A stretch of DNA of 64,000 nt from a virus (IMGVR_UViG_3300009702_000021:19008-83007), one strand, 5' to 3'; shown: positions 18,901-28,135, counted from the first letter of the stretch. Numbers and translations: made by a program. The notes: generated by a model from the letters alone, not told the origin.

Positions 18901-20637
18901 ACTGGCCATCGACGGAGCAGGGGAGCTGGAGTTAGCAGAACTTCTTCACAATCTGAATGTAGTCAGACAGGAAGTGGTAGAGGTCGTACCGGGAAAGTTC
19001 GGCCTGTTCGATCTATCTCTTCCGAGCCGAAGCGTATTGATCGAGGTGGACGGCTCAGAGCACTTCAATCAGGGTGGACGGGAGATGATCGCCGACTACG
19101 CCAAGGAGGACTGGGTCAGGAGCAAGGAAAACGAGCAGGGGTGGGGATTGATCAGGGTACAACTCACCAACGACCGCAGGCTAGTCAGGGAAGTGAAGAT
19201 CGGACTCTTGCGAGCTATCAAGAAAATCAAACCGAGGGAGGTTCTATTCGTCGGGGATTGCTACGACAAGAGGAGGAGGCCCAAGAAGAGGAAACGATCC
19301 CGATCGGCGAAGTAGCCGTCGGTGACCTCGTCCTCGCACAGGATGGAGACTGGGTCCGAGTCCTCGACGTCCATGACCACGGTCTCCAAGAGTGCGTGGA
19401 GGTAGTGCTTCCGACCGGCTCCGTGGTCTGCACCTGGGATCACCGTTTTCCTACCCCACAGGGAACCCTGACGCTGCACAAAATCATCAATACCAAAACT
19501 CGGATCCTCACAAAGCAGCGCCTCGACACCATCTCAATTGACACCTGGCAGCTTCCGACCTCTGTCACTCCAGTTGGAGTTCGTCACACCGTTGATCTCG
19601 AGGTTGACCACCCGACTCACTGCTACTTCCTCGCCAACGGAGTCTGCACCCACAACAGCCACGCTACCGCCTACATGATCACTGCCTACCGTCAGCTCTA
19701 CATGCTGACCCACCACACGGTCGAGTACTTCGCTGCCCTGCTGACTCACACGCCGCGGGGTAAGAAGACTGCCGGCGGCGGGGAGCTGGTGGTCGACTAC
19801 ATGCGAGCCGCGATGTCCCGGCGGATCACCCTGCTGGGTCCATGTGTTGTAGACGGAGCTATCGGTTTCGACGTCGATAAGTACGGTCGGATTCGCTACG
19901 GCCTCGGGCACGTCAAGGGAGTCGGAGGCGCAGCCCAACTGGTAATGGCTGCGAGTCCGTTCGAGTCCCTCGAGGATATGTTCGACCGGATCGAACGACG
20001 CCGGGTCAACTCGCGCGTGTTCAAGCAGCTGATCTTCAGCGGCGCCCTGGACAAGCTCGACTTCAACCGACACGCCGGCAAGGGTGACCCGATCCCGGAG
20101 TGGATCGGAGTCGAGCGCAGAAATGGGATCCTAGCCCGCTATGAGCAGCTGAGGAAGGCGAAGGAGACACCAGATGTATTCTCGACATCGGTCCTCCGGG
20201 AGAAGGAACGTGAGGTGCTAGGACTCCCGCTGTCCTGGTGGTCCTCCGACACGGTCCAGGAACTGCGCGACCAGGAGGGGCTGGAGACGATCGACTATCA
20301 CCTCCGCAGTGACCTCAGCAAGCTAGAGATCATCGCCGAGGTCAGCAGAGCTAGGACGCACCGGACCAAGAAGGGGACGACGATGGCGTTCCTGACGCTG
20401 GCGGACGAGACCGGGACCCTGCCGAACGTCACGATCTGGCCCGAGCAGTGGTCAACATACAGGCGGATGCTCTCCCAGGGTCGGATGGCGATCATCCGCC
20501 TCCGGCGCAAGGAGAATCACAACCGCGAGTTCGGTGAGTGGTCCTACTACCTCGAGGACAAGTGGAGCGAGCCCGTCGAGAGCGTGGCCCGCGCACTACG
20601 GCGTGATACCGAAGGCGTGGAATCGGATGACGAATAG
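15997..20637 (+). CDS. dnaE: DNA polymerase III alpha subunit containing an intein
   Basis: PHP domain (HFHVH..SIKDG), GRGSAGGSL, PDIDLDF, GFNK|SHATAY, C-terminal OB fold. Confidence 0.95.
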   Translation: MGKKRTWFPHFHVHDEHSIKDGCSTVETYADLVVESGGDCLAITNHGQAAGFARQYFACRDRKIKPVFGMEAYVNEWRTRPIKRLQEELKKAEKAAKKSPARLSQIKAKQESLKRFIAERFRPSPHAIILAKNRVGYQNLVRMSTDSYQHGFYYVPRTDTKFLSEHREGLIYSTACIGGYIPRMARVDFAAACEEARRLKAIFEDGGGGFYVELMITEYEAQRETNEVMIRLATEIGAKCILTCDVHYAKPDDGQAQNVLLLMRDKKTIADREAGEGVWQFEAKDLWWRTVQDVVQCWRENHSDYMDRSCFQAALKNTLALADEIEDVEFDTSLKLPGVFKEPDHDLKELVKSGLRYRKEHGQLAPGVKLSEYTDRIKRELSVISPKGFSEYFLILHDVCRAAREMGARMGPGRGSAGGSLTAYLCRITEIDPLRFGLLFERFLDAGRDDPPDIDLDFSPEHRDGIKAYVEKAYPATATIGSNATFKPRATLQDVGRVFGIDYREMQQITKPLGTEADDMTWDEIFEAWPAVERFADDHPEAWSVVRVLRGLISHRGKNAAGMLIAPASALNDVPMIMETDSKGNKMTVTAFADSQGDGVEHKGRELTRLGYLKADLLGVRNLNIAPQAVEIVARDTGQEIDLESLSLDDEETLQTAATGDVPGAFQLDTNTTRPILRHVGVDSFADLVMITALCRPGPLKNQIHREFAKLKRSDAWEDDVLPELRELLRDSRGLMVLQEDVMWVVQVVSGMSMQEANMLRKIMSKKQPEAMKQWKERFVEGGKEVGLATEEELVELWDKIKTFAGYGFNKCVCYNQPITVRRTCGTAKETDRGQEYTNEVRVWGGVPEEEVVGGPQEDVQSTQGDSQTGPAVQPRQGQCTGCEGEGAKDFPDEGLRGNRGPERCSKEECPQAPHAVGAERGWQEGVFRDSQENVSEEGCQAGEGEAHERVGAKQSRSDRSDRSACSGTGHRRSRGAGVSRTSSQSECSQTGSGRGRTGKVRPVRSISSEPKRIDRGGRLRALQSGWTGDDRRLRQGGLGQEQGKRAGVGIDQGTTHQRPQASQGSEDRTLASYQENQTEGGSIRRGLLRQEEEAQEEETIPIGEVAVGDLVLAQDGDWVRVLDVHDHGLQECVEVVLPTGSVVCTWDHRFPTPQGTLTLHKIINTKTRILTKQRLDTISIDTWQLPTSVTPVGVRHTVDLEVDHPTHCYFLANGVCTHNSHATAYMITAYRQLYMLTHHTVEYFAALLTHTPRGKKTAGGGELVVDYMRAAMSRRITLLGPCVVDGAIGFDVDKYGRIRYGLGHVKGVGGAAQLVMAASPFESLEDMFDRIERRRVNSRVFKQLIFSGALDKLDFNRHAGKGDPIPEWIGVERRNGILARYEQLRKAKETPDVFSTSVLREKEREVLGLPLSWWSSDTVQELRDQEGLETIDYHLRSDLSKLEIIAEVSRARTHRTKKGTTMAFLTLADETGTLPNVTIWPEQWSTYRRMLSQGRMAIIRLRRKENHNREFGEWSYYLEDKWSEPVESVARALRRDTEGVESDDE
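18436..18444 (+). promoter_or_regulatory. Extended -10 promoter (TGnTATAAT) inside the DnaE intein
   Basis: TGTTATAAT, consensus extended -10 in a GC-rich genome, about 50 nt before the nested ORF start. Confidence 0.6.
18494..19315 (+). CDS. Nested +1-frame Vsr/DUF559-like homing endonuclease with N-terminal zinc finger
   Basis: AAGGAG RBS at 18481; CxC..HxxxC; FDL...LIEVDGSEH...D..K..W...GW..IRV. Confidence 0.8.
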   Translation: MGKSTPTKCACGAVFPKKKLWVDHKRTCSPHKEIVKQARLSNLAKANAPDARERARKTFLMRDYEVTEAQRDARRKNARKHLTPWAQSEDGRRVSSETAKKTSARKDVKQARAKRMKEWVRNNPGVIARTGQRAAALAIDGAGELELAELLHNLNVVRQEVVEVVPGKFGLFDLSLPSRSVLIEVDGSEHFNQGGREMIADYAKEDWVRSKENEQGWGLIRVQLTNDRRLVREVKIGLLRAIKKIKPREVLFVGDCYDKRRRPKKRKRSRSAK

Positions 20638-20926
20638 TCGACGGGACCTGGTAGCGACAGCCATAAGCGGGCTCTTGCCCATGATAGCCATCGAGGTCGG
20701 TGACTTCCCTACGGACGAGGAGAGGAGGAGGTGCGTCGACACCATCGTCATGGCCGATTCTCTGGTTACCGGAGGTCCGCCACGGAAGGGATCGTTAGTC
20801 GAGGCAGCTAAGGCTATTTACTGGCTCAGCAGGGTGCCACCGGGCCCAGTCGTATTCGGGCAGCACTGGGTAGACGGAGGGGGTCACACAGCTGGACCGG
20901 ATTGCCCATTCGGGTGCAGCAGATGA
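20627..20926 (+). CDS. Hypothetical protein
   Basis: ATG overlaps the end of dnaE. Confidence 0.45.
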   Translation: MTNSRRDLVATAISGLLPMIAIEVGDFPTDEERRRCVDTIVMADSLVTGGPPRKGSLVEAAKAIYWLSRVPPGPVVFGQHWVDGGGHTAGPDCPFGCSR

Positions 20927-21543
20927 CGTGCAGGCTCTGTGGTGGGTCACGGCACGTCTTCTCTGAGGAGCGCGGAGGCTACGTCGCCTGTGAGTGCCTC
21001 CAGCGGAAGCAGCGCACTGACTCATATCGGCGAGCCGGGGTCCCTGGGCGCTACGACAACGAGACGTGGAGGACCTTTGTCGAGGCATACACCGTAGAGC
21101 GTGTGCGGAGCCTCCTGGCGGTCGCAAAGTCGCTGAAGGCCGGAGACACCGACCCCCAGTGGATACTCGCACACGGGCGCCCTACGAGAGCCAGGATGCT
21201 CGTTGCGTCCCTGGTCCTGAGGTCCGCGTGTGACGGAGGCCTTGAGGGCCGGTTGCTAGACCTCCCGAAGCTGATCGACGCTGAGTTTCAGCCCGGCCGC
21301 GGTGAGGACCTCTACCGGATGCCAGTACTGGTCATAGAAGTGGGAAGCGAACCCGGCAACAAGTGGAACACGGTGGTGATGGAGAAGCTGGTGCATAAGC
21401 GGTGGGAGGCGAGTCTGTTCACCATGCTCGTCGTCGAGGGAGAGCCGACGCGGGTCCTGAACAGCTACAAGAGCAGCCGGGTTACCCTCGCTGCTTCCGA
21501 GAGGTTCCTACGGGTCCGGGTCGGGCCGAAGGAGGAGGATTGA
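20923..21543 (+). CDS. DnaC/IstB-like helicase loader, degenerate
   Basis: CxxCGG...CxC Zn motif followed by AGVP.RY...F; sits upstream of dnaB; Walker A not canonical. Confidence 0.55.
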   Translation: MTCRLCGGSRHVFSEERGGYVACECLQRKQRTDSYRRAGVPGRYDNETWRTFVEAYTVERVRSLLAVAKSLKAGDTDPQWILAHGRPTRARMLVASLVLRSACDGGLEGRLLDLPKLIDAEFQPGRGEDLYRMPVLVIEVGSEPGNKWNTVVMEKLVHKRWEASLFTMLVVEGEPTRVLNSYKSSRVTLAASERFLRVRVGPKEED

Positions 21544-21869
21544 GCAAGCCGATGTTTCAGAAAAGGGATCTCGACCTCATCCGAGCCGCGACCTGGGGCT
21601 GCTGGGACGCGGTGAAGACCAAAGACCACCTCGGGGACGCGGCTAGGAAGCGAGGTCTCGTAGCCAGGACCGCGACCGGTGATGCCCACGAGACAGCCTT
21701 CAAGTGGGCCCGGCAGGAGCAGAGGGCCCACGATCTGCTTGCGGTACCGCAACCCATCAACGGGACCCTGCGGGATTACATCGCCTGCACCTGCTCCTAC
21801 GACGAGAGTGAGGAGATGACGCGCCATGCTCCGCTATGCTCGATCACCAAGGCGGGGATCAACTGGTGA
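21540..21869 (+). CDS. Hypothetical protein
   Basis: TTG start after GGAGGAGG; overlaps the dnaB start. Confidence 0.45.
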   Translation: MSKPMFQKRDLDLIRAATWGCWDAVKTKDHLGDAARKRGLVARTATGDAHETAFKWARQEQRAHDLLAVPQPINGTLRDYIACTCSYDESEEMTRHAPLCSITKAGINW

Positions 21870-24295
21870 GCGACTACGAACACATCATCACCGCCGGGAT
21901 CCTCCAGCGCCCGTCCCGCATTTCAGACGTCTCGTCGATCAAGCACGAGTACTTCTCAGACAAGGAGGCCCGAGCCCTCTTTGCGATGGTCCAGACCTAC
22001 CACGAGAAGTGCGGCCGGCGGAACGCGATGGACATCGCCCTCGCCCGGTCGCGTCTCGAGGACAGCAAGAGTAAGCTCGCGCCACACCTGCTCTACCTCG
22101 TCGACGAGTACACGGAGCTGGACCCGGTCACCGACTCCGAATTCAGGGACGCGATCGAGAAGCTGGTCACCTCGCGCCGGGAGGGGCTGCTGCGTGAGCA
22201 TGGCGCCGCTGCCCTGGAAGCCATGGTCGAGGGAGAGTACTCCGAGGCGACCGCCCGGATGCGCGAGGCCCTTCTGGCGGCCGACGACACGGACCTCGAG
22301 GACGACCGACCCGTCGACATCCGCAGCTCCGTCGAGATCGACCGGGAGCGCCGGAGGACCGAGCGGCCACCCGAGGACGGGACGCTGGGGTTCGACATCG
22401 GGTTCCCTCGGCTGATGCGCGCCACCCGGTTCCGCCGCAAGGAGCTGACGATCCTGGGAGGCTACGCCTCAGATGGCAAAGCACTGAGCCATGGGACCCC
22501 GGTCTTGACCCCGAGCGGTTGGAGGGATGTCGAGGACGTCCGGGTCGGGGAGCTGGTAACCGGCCGGGACGGGAGTCCCACCCGGGTCGTCGGCGTGTTC
22601 CCCCAAGGACGACGAGACCTGCTCAGGGTCACCTTTGCTGACGGGTGCTGGGTGGACGTGGACCAGGACCACCTCTGGGCGGTCCAGGATGTCAATGACG
22701 CCAGGAGACCTGGGTTGGTGACGAGGACCAAGACGACAAGAGAGTTGGTCCCGGACCTGCGCCTCAAGAATGGCTCCGCCAAGTGGCGGGTTCCGCTCTG
22801 CGGCTCGGTGGAATTCGAGCCCGGTCCGCCGCTCCTGATCGACCCCTACCTGCTCGGGGTCCTCTTGGGTGACGGGTGCCTGAGTCAGACTTCCGTCACC
22901 TTCTGCACCGGTGACGAGGACGTCCCGTGCGAGGTAGAGAAGGTGCTGCCTCGGGGCGTGGTCATGCGCAAAAACGGGACCGACGAAGCCTCAGGCAGGG
23001 CCGTGCGCTACAGCCTCGTGACAGAGGGGAGGAGACAGAACCCCGCCAGAGATGCCCTCGAGGCCCTCGAGGTGATGGGCAAGAGGGCCTGGGAGAAGAC
23101 GGTTCCCGAGGTCTATCTCTTCGCCAGCCCCGAGGATCGACTCTCTCTCCTGCAGGGGCTCGTCGATACCGACTCAGACGTGGCCTCGAGAGGGAAGCCC
23201 AGTTTCGTGTTCACCTCTTCGTCCGAGAACCTGACCCGCTCAGTGGCCTTCCTGGTGCGCTCACTTGGTGGTGTCGCCCGGGAGCGAAGCCGAATTCCCA
23301 CCTACTGCCACCTCGGCGAGAAGAAGCAAGGTAGGAGGTCCTACGAAGTGTGCGCGAACCTCCCGGTTCACCTGATCCCGACTAGGGCCCACCGCACCAA
23401 GTGGCCGACGAGGCTGAGCAGGAACCTCGTCAGGAAGATCACGGCCATTGAGCCCGTCGGGGAGGCGGAGGCGACCTGTCTAGCGGTTGAGGCCGAGGAC
23501 CACCTATTCATCGTCAAGGACTTCGTAGTCACACACAACACTCAGTTCAGCAAGTCACTGGCCTACAACGTCAACCGAGCGGGTGCGACCGTGATCTTCG
23601 TTGCGCTTGAGATGACCCGTGAAGAGATACGCACGATGTTCGTAGCCCAACATGCGGCATCCCTAGATCCCCGCGGGGTGCCGTGGGTCGACGCCCTGGA
23701 CGGGATCCTGAACGCCGGCCAACGGAAGCTGTGGCACCGGGCCCTCGACGACTGGCAGATCGACTCGCACGAGGACACGGACGAGATGACCAGCGAGTCC
23801 GGCTCTCTGATCATCTGGGCGCCGACCCGGCGGATCACACAGGCAGACTGGAAGGCCAGGTTGCGGGCGTCGAAGCAGGAACACGGGATCGACGTCGCCT
23901 TCAAGGACTACACCGAGCTGGTCAAGCCCTAGGAGATCAAGCGATTCAAAAACTACCGGCTCGACCTCAAGGAGATGATCGAGGAAGACAAGGCACTCGC
24001 GCGGGAGCTAGACATCTGGCTCGTTGACAATCACCAGATCAGCCGGAAGGGACGCGACGAGGCTGAGAAGAGGAACCCACCGCACTACCTGATGCGCGAC
24101 CTCGGTGAGTCCTCCGGCCTCGAGCGCGCGGCTGACTCTGTGCTCTGGATCTACAGCGACATGGACCTCCGGGATGACCGCGGGGCCATTGCCGGGGTAG
24201 CCAAGGCCCGGAAGGGCAAGCCGATCATCCACGGCGTCCGGCTCTACGCCGACTTCGAGAAGGCCGTGGTCGCGCCGCGGGCCGACTACGACTAG
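21866..24295 (+). CDS. dnaB: Replicative DnaB-like helicase with an intein and an in-frame TAG at 23930-23932
   Basis: GGYASDGK|T, VALEM, KDY; same frame continues after the TAG with HQISR and DLGESSGLERAAD motifs. Confidence 0.85.
22481..23539 (+). mobile_element. Class 3-type intein with LAGLIDADG endonuclease, in the DnaB Walker A
   Basis: Begins with Ala; DHLW, TCLAV, THN followed by T; LLGVLLGDG and LQGLVDTD motifs. Confidence 0.9.
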
Positions 24296-24948
24296 TGGGC
24301 GAGCTGGGACGGAGGATCGCGCGGATCAAGCTGGATCCATACCTCGACACGATCATCCGTGTCTTCCCGGAGATCGAGCACCCGGACCGGCTACCCGCCA
24401 AGCTGCGCTGCCTGTTGCCGGACCACGATGACAGCACTCCCTCGTTCTGGCTCTATGAGGATCACTGGCACTGCTACGGCTGCTCACGAGGTGGAGACGC
24501 AATCGACTTCGTCCAGTCCTACCACGACCTCGGAGTCCGTAAGGCGGTGGAGCTGGTCGAAACCGCGCTCGGGATCGGACTCGGTCAGTGCCAGGACCTC
24601 CAGGCCCTTGTCCTGCTCGCCCGCCGCAAGAAGGACGAGAAGGGGCGCCGGGAGTGGGAAGCGACCGTGAGGGAGATCGAGGACGCCTACACGGAGGTCA
24701 TCCGTCCCTACCTGCTCTGTCGGGATACCCTGATCCAGGACCTCGCTTTCCATGACTCCGACTACGTGTTCGATGAGCTGAGATTGGCCTCCTGGGAGCC
24801 CCCTGCGAGGACAAAACGACGAGCACGGGAGAAGGCACGGCGTCTCATGGCATGGGCGCTCGAGTGGGCACAGGGGACGGTCAGGTTAGTAGAGAGCGCG
24901 ACCGGCAAGGACCGCGTGACCGTCCTCCGGCAGCACCGTAGGTCGTAG
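24295..24948 (+). CDS. Primase-type CHC2 zinc-finger protein (no TOPRIM domain evident)
   Basis: C..PDHDDSTPSF...WHCYGC..GGDAIDF. Confidence 0.8.
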   Translation: MGELGRRIARIKLDPYLDTIIRVFPEIEHPDRLPAKLRCLLPDHDDSTPSFWLYEDHWHCYGCSRGGDAIDFVQSYHDLGVRKAVELVETALGIGLGQCQDLQALVLLARRKKDEKGRREWEATVREIEDAYTEVIRPYLLCRDTLIQDLAFHDSDYVFDELRLASWEPPARTKRRAREKARRLMAWALEWAQGTVRLVESATGKDRVTVLRQHRRS

Positions 24949-25032
24949 CCGACTAGCGGTACCGCAAAAAGTTTTGCGACGGAACGACGGACTACCACGT
25001 TCGTTAGGTCGGGCTCGAGCTAGCGACATCGA

Positions 25033-25079
25033 ATAAAACTAGAATTCGACTAGACAGCGGCTAGGTGACAGGATAGTCT
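25033..25079 (+). promoter_or_regulatory. Sigma70-like promoter, copy 1 of a conserved element
   Basis: ATAAAACTAGAAT..GACTAGACAGCGGCTAGG; TAGACA-N17-TAGTCT. Confidence 0.65.
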
Positions 25080-25133
25080 TGTGGGTGTAGAGGCAAGGAC
25101 GCCACTACCCAGAACAAACACGAGGCAGGAAAC

Positions 25134-26450
25134 ATGACCAAGTCGACTAAGAACAAGCCAACTGAGACCTCACGCGCTTGGATGCACCGCGCGCACCAGT
25201 CCGGCCAGTTCAACCTCAACTCGTTGATCGAGTTCACCTCCAGTGTCGTGGCCTACTGGGAGGCCACCAACCGCTCGGGCAAGACGATGCCGCTCCTCCA
25301 GCGCCTCCGCGGCTATGAGACCCCCAAGGGCGGCCTTCTCCCGCGGACCATGAAGCACCCGGTCACCAAATCCAAGTTCATCTTCCCCCTGTTCAGCTTC
25401 GAGGTTGGCGACGACGGCCTCTACCAGGCGACTCCCCTCCTCCCCAAGTGCCCGGAGTGCGCCGGAGAGATGAAGCGGGTGGCCGCGACCGAGAAGCGCC
25501 CCGAGGCCTTCGCCTGTTACGCCTGCAAGAACATCACGGAGGCGTTCGCGGACGTGACCGGTGACGGCACGCAGAAGAACGAGGCCCCAAAGGCCAAGGT
25601 CGAGGATGAGAAGCCCCGCAAGCTCCGAGACTACCAGCAGCTGATCACACGCGTGATCGCCATCGTTACCCTGGCCCGAAAGGTCGTTGAGCAGGCCAAC
25701 ATGACGCTGCCCATCGGCGTCCGCACTAGTGAGCACCTGGCGAAGCTCGCCGTTGTCCTCGGTGATGCCGACGAGGCATGGCGCCTGTGGGTTGACGGCA
25801 GGATCCCCTCGCAGTGGCGCGAGAAGTTCGACGCTGCTGGCCTGCCCCGCGGCAAGTTCCGCCCCCTGCCGACCAAGGACGAGAACGACCCCAGTTGGTA
25901 CGGCACGGTCGCGGCCGTCCTCGACGCCGGCCTCCCGGTGATGATCGTCGGCCCCGCCGGCTCGGGTAAGACCTACTTCGCCAAGCACTACGCGAAGCGC
26001 GTCCAGAAGGACATCGAGATCGTCGTCGGATCCGGCGACCTGGCCGGTAGCCAGCTCTGGGTCGACCAGATCAGCGCCGATAACGGCTCGACCACGGTCC
26101 ACCGCGGTCCGGCCAGCCGCGCCTGCACGGACGGCTCGGTCCTCCTCCTTGACGAGGTCGACGGGTTCGACCCCAACAGCCTCCTCCCGATGAACGCCGT
26201 CCTGAATGGCGACCGCCAGCTGAGCGTGCCGGTCCTCGGCGCCCTCGACATCAACCCTGAGGTGCGGATCATCGCCTGCGCCAACACCACGGGGTTGACC
26301 CGGGACCGGACCTACACCGCCCGCAACAAGCTGGACGGCGCGTTCCTGAACCGCTTCGCCGTGGTGGTCGAGGCTACCTACGAGGAGAAGGTCGACCGGA
26401 AGGTGGCCGAGAATGCAGTCCTGGCCGCCCTCGAGGCCCTTGAGGACTAG
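25134..26450 (+). CDS. MoxR/CobS-like AAA+ ATPase
   Basis: GPAGSGKT, LLLDEVD, IACANT, LDGAFLNRF. Confidence 0.85.
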   Translation: MTKSTKNKPTETSRAWMHRAHQSGQFNLNSLIEFTSSVVAYWEATNRSGKTMPLLQRLRGYETPKGGLLPRTMKHPVTKSKFIFPLFSFEVGDDGLYQATPLLPKCPECAGEMKRVAATEKRPEAFACYACKNITEAFADVTGDGTQKNEAPKAKVEDEKPRKLRDYQQLITRVIAIVTLARKVVEQANMTLPIGVRTSEHLAKLAVVLGDADEAWRLWVDGRIPSQWREKFDAAGLPRGKFRPLPTKDENDPSWYGTVAAVLDAGLPVMIVGPAGSGKTYFAKHYAKRVQKDIEIVVGSGDLAGSQLWVDQISADNGSTTVHRGPASRACTDGSVLLLDEVDGFDPNSLLPMNAVLNGDRQLSVPVLGALDINPEVRIIACANTTGLTRDRTYTARNKLDGAFLNRFAVVVEATYEEKVDRKVAENAVLAALEALED

Positions 26451-26510
26451 GGGCGCATGGTCCCGGGTGGGGAGGCAGAGAACCTCACCCGGGGCTGACC
26501 CGACTACCTA

Positions 26511-26570
26511 GCCCGCACGGGGACACGCTACCTGCCTCAGCGTGACCTGGGTTCGACTCCCGGGGCGGGC
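26511..26570 (+). ncRNA. tRNA-like structure lacking a D-arm
   Basis: GCCCGC/GCGGGC outer stem; CACGCT/AGCGTG hairpin; T-arm CCTGGG-TTCGACT-CCCGGG. Confidence 0.4.
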
Positions 26571-26606
26571 GTCCCGAGCAGATGCGAACAAAGGAACACG
26601 GAGCAC

Positions 26607-27119
26607 GTGATGAGCAAGCAGAAGACCCGCTACAAGATCCTGACCACCATCCACAAGGCAGGGACGATCGGTGGCATGACCGCAGCGCGGATCGCCCACC
26701 TCGCCAAGGTCCACCCGGCTACGGCCCGACGGCACCTCGCGGAGATGCGCCGGGACCCGACGTCGCTCTACGCCGAGTACCTCATCTCGGCCGGGAGCGA
26801 GCGCGGCTACCGTTACCTGGTCGACGGCTGGCCGCCCAAGCCGGCCCGCAAGCAGAAGGCCCCGCGTCGCCGTCGTAGCTCGCCCGTGCGGGTCGCCAAG
26901 CCCATCGATGTCCTCCAGGTCCAGGTGACCGCTCCCGAGCCCGTGACGGTCCGCGTACGTGTCCTGACGGCCCTCCGGGGTAGGGACCTGGGCCTCCACG
27001 AGCTGGGCCAGGCCCTCCGGGTCAAGCGCAACGTCCTCCAGCGCGAGCTGGACGCCCTGGCGGGCCAGGTGACCCGGACGCGTGAGAACAACCGCTGGAT
27101 CTACACCCGGGCTAGCTAG
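26607..27119 (+). CDS. Putative HTH DNA-binding protein (two winged-HTH-like segments)
   Basis: MTAARIAHLAKVHPATARRHL and LGLHELGQALRVKRNVLQREL. Confidence 0.6.
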   Translation: MMSKQKTRYKILTTIHKAGTIGGMTAARIAHLAKVHPATARRHLAEMRRDPTSLYAEYLISAGSERGYRYLVDGWPPKPARKQKAPRRRRSSPVRVAKPIDVLQVQVTAPEPVTVRVRVLTALRGRDLGLHELGQALRVKRNVLQRELDALAGQVTRTRENNRWIYTRAS

Positions 27120-27159
27120 GCCTTGCGGTACCGCAAACCCCCCAACCCCTGAGGAGACG

Positions 27160-27738
27160 ATGATGAGCATGACCGTGAAACAGATCAATGCACGAGTGGA
27201 CCAGTTCTGCGACAGCATCGAGACCCGGCTCCGAGAGCTTCGCCGGGACCACCCGCGGGCGCAGTTCCGCTATCGGATCAGTCCCCGTTGGGGATGCGGG
27301 TCTCCGGCCGAGTTTGGTTCGCTCCTCCTGAGCGCGGTCCTCGACGAGGTCCGCAACTACTGCTACGCCCTCGAGGGAGCCTACGGCCCGGAGCAGCAGC
27401 GGGAGGCGGAGTCCGACCGGGCTCGATCCGGGATCGCCGTGGTGTTCTGGGATGCCCGCTGCCACTGGGAGTGCCACGACCTCCTGACCGGGGAGTCGTT
27501 CCGCCAGCCCTACTCGGGCAGGAAGCGGTGCAAGCACACGCGCCACCCAGATGGCTGGATCAACAAGGCTGTCCACGACATCGGGAGCAGCTACGACCTC
27601 GAGCTGCCGCGCGAGGAGCGGGCCAAGCTGATGCAGGTCCTCGAGCGGCTCCGGGACGAGCTGACCGGCAAGGGGCCGGTCGAGCTGACTCGGATCGGCC
27701 AGCCGGCCTTCACCTACGATGACCAGGTTATCTGGTAA
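27160..27738 (+). CDS. Hypothetical protein
   Basis: GAGGAG RBS directly after a palindrome copy. Confidence 0.55.
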   Translation: MMSMTVKQINARVDQFCDSIETRLRELRRDHPRAQFRYRISPRWGCGSPAEFGSLLLSAVLDEVRNYCYALEGAYGPEQQREAESDRARSGIAVVFWDARCHWECHDLLTGESFRQPYSGRKRCKHTRHPDGWINKAVHDIGSSYDLELPREERAKLMQVLERLRDELTGKGPVELTRIGQPAFTYDDQVIW

Positions 27739-27748
27739 GGAGCGAGCG

Positions 27749-28135
27749 ATGACACAGACCATGACTCTCGTGATGGACACGCAGAACGTCGAGGTCGTCG
27801 GCGTGTTCCAGACGCCCCTGGCGGCCCTGTCTTACCTGCGCCGCCGAGACCAGGTCGACTACGAGGTCGTCGCGCGTGAGGATGGAGCCCCGCACGCGAT
27901 CCGCGGCAAGGGGGTCTTCTACGACCTCATTGCGGTGGAGGTCCACCCGGAGACCGACGAGACCCTCCGGTTGTACGCCATCCACCTCCTGAAGCAGTTG
28001 CACAACATCAGGGCGATGAACGCCGTGAACCTCAGGGGCCTCCCGCGGGACGAGCTGCGCTCCCTGACATTCGTCCTACAGGGGATCGTCTCCAACTTCG
28101 CGGACGCCCAGCGACGGGCCAACCGCCCCTGGTAG
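27749..28135 (+). CDS. Hypothetical protein
   Basis: AAGGAG RBS. Confidence 0.55.
   Translation: MTQTMTLVMDTQNVEVVGVFQTPLAALSYLRRRDQVDYEVVAREDGAPHAIRGKGVFYDLIAVEVHPETDETLRLYAIHLLKQLHNIRAMNAVNLRGLPRDELRSLTFVLQGIVSNFADAQRRANRPW

Larger units (their letters stand above)
18430..19656 (+). mobile_element. Intein in DnaE (Cys1...His-Asn, +1 Ser) with a nested out-of-frame endonuclease gene
   Basis: Splits FNK|SH; Hint blocks IGEVAVGDLV, CTWDHRF, TVDLEV, CTHN. Confidence 0.9.

Noticed and set aside
18494-19315. Group I intron explanation for the nested endonucleases
   Set aside because: The host frame stays open and is bounded by complete intein splicing motifs, so RNA splicing is not needed; no intron core was recognised
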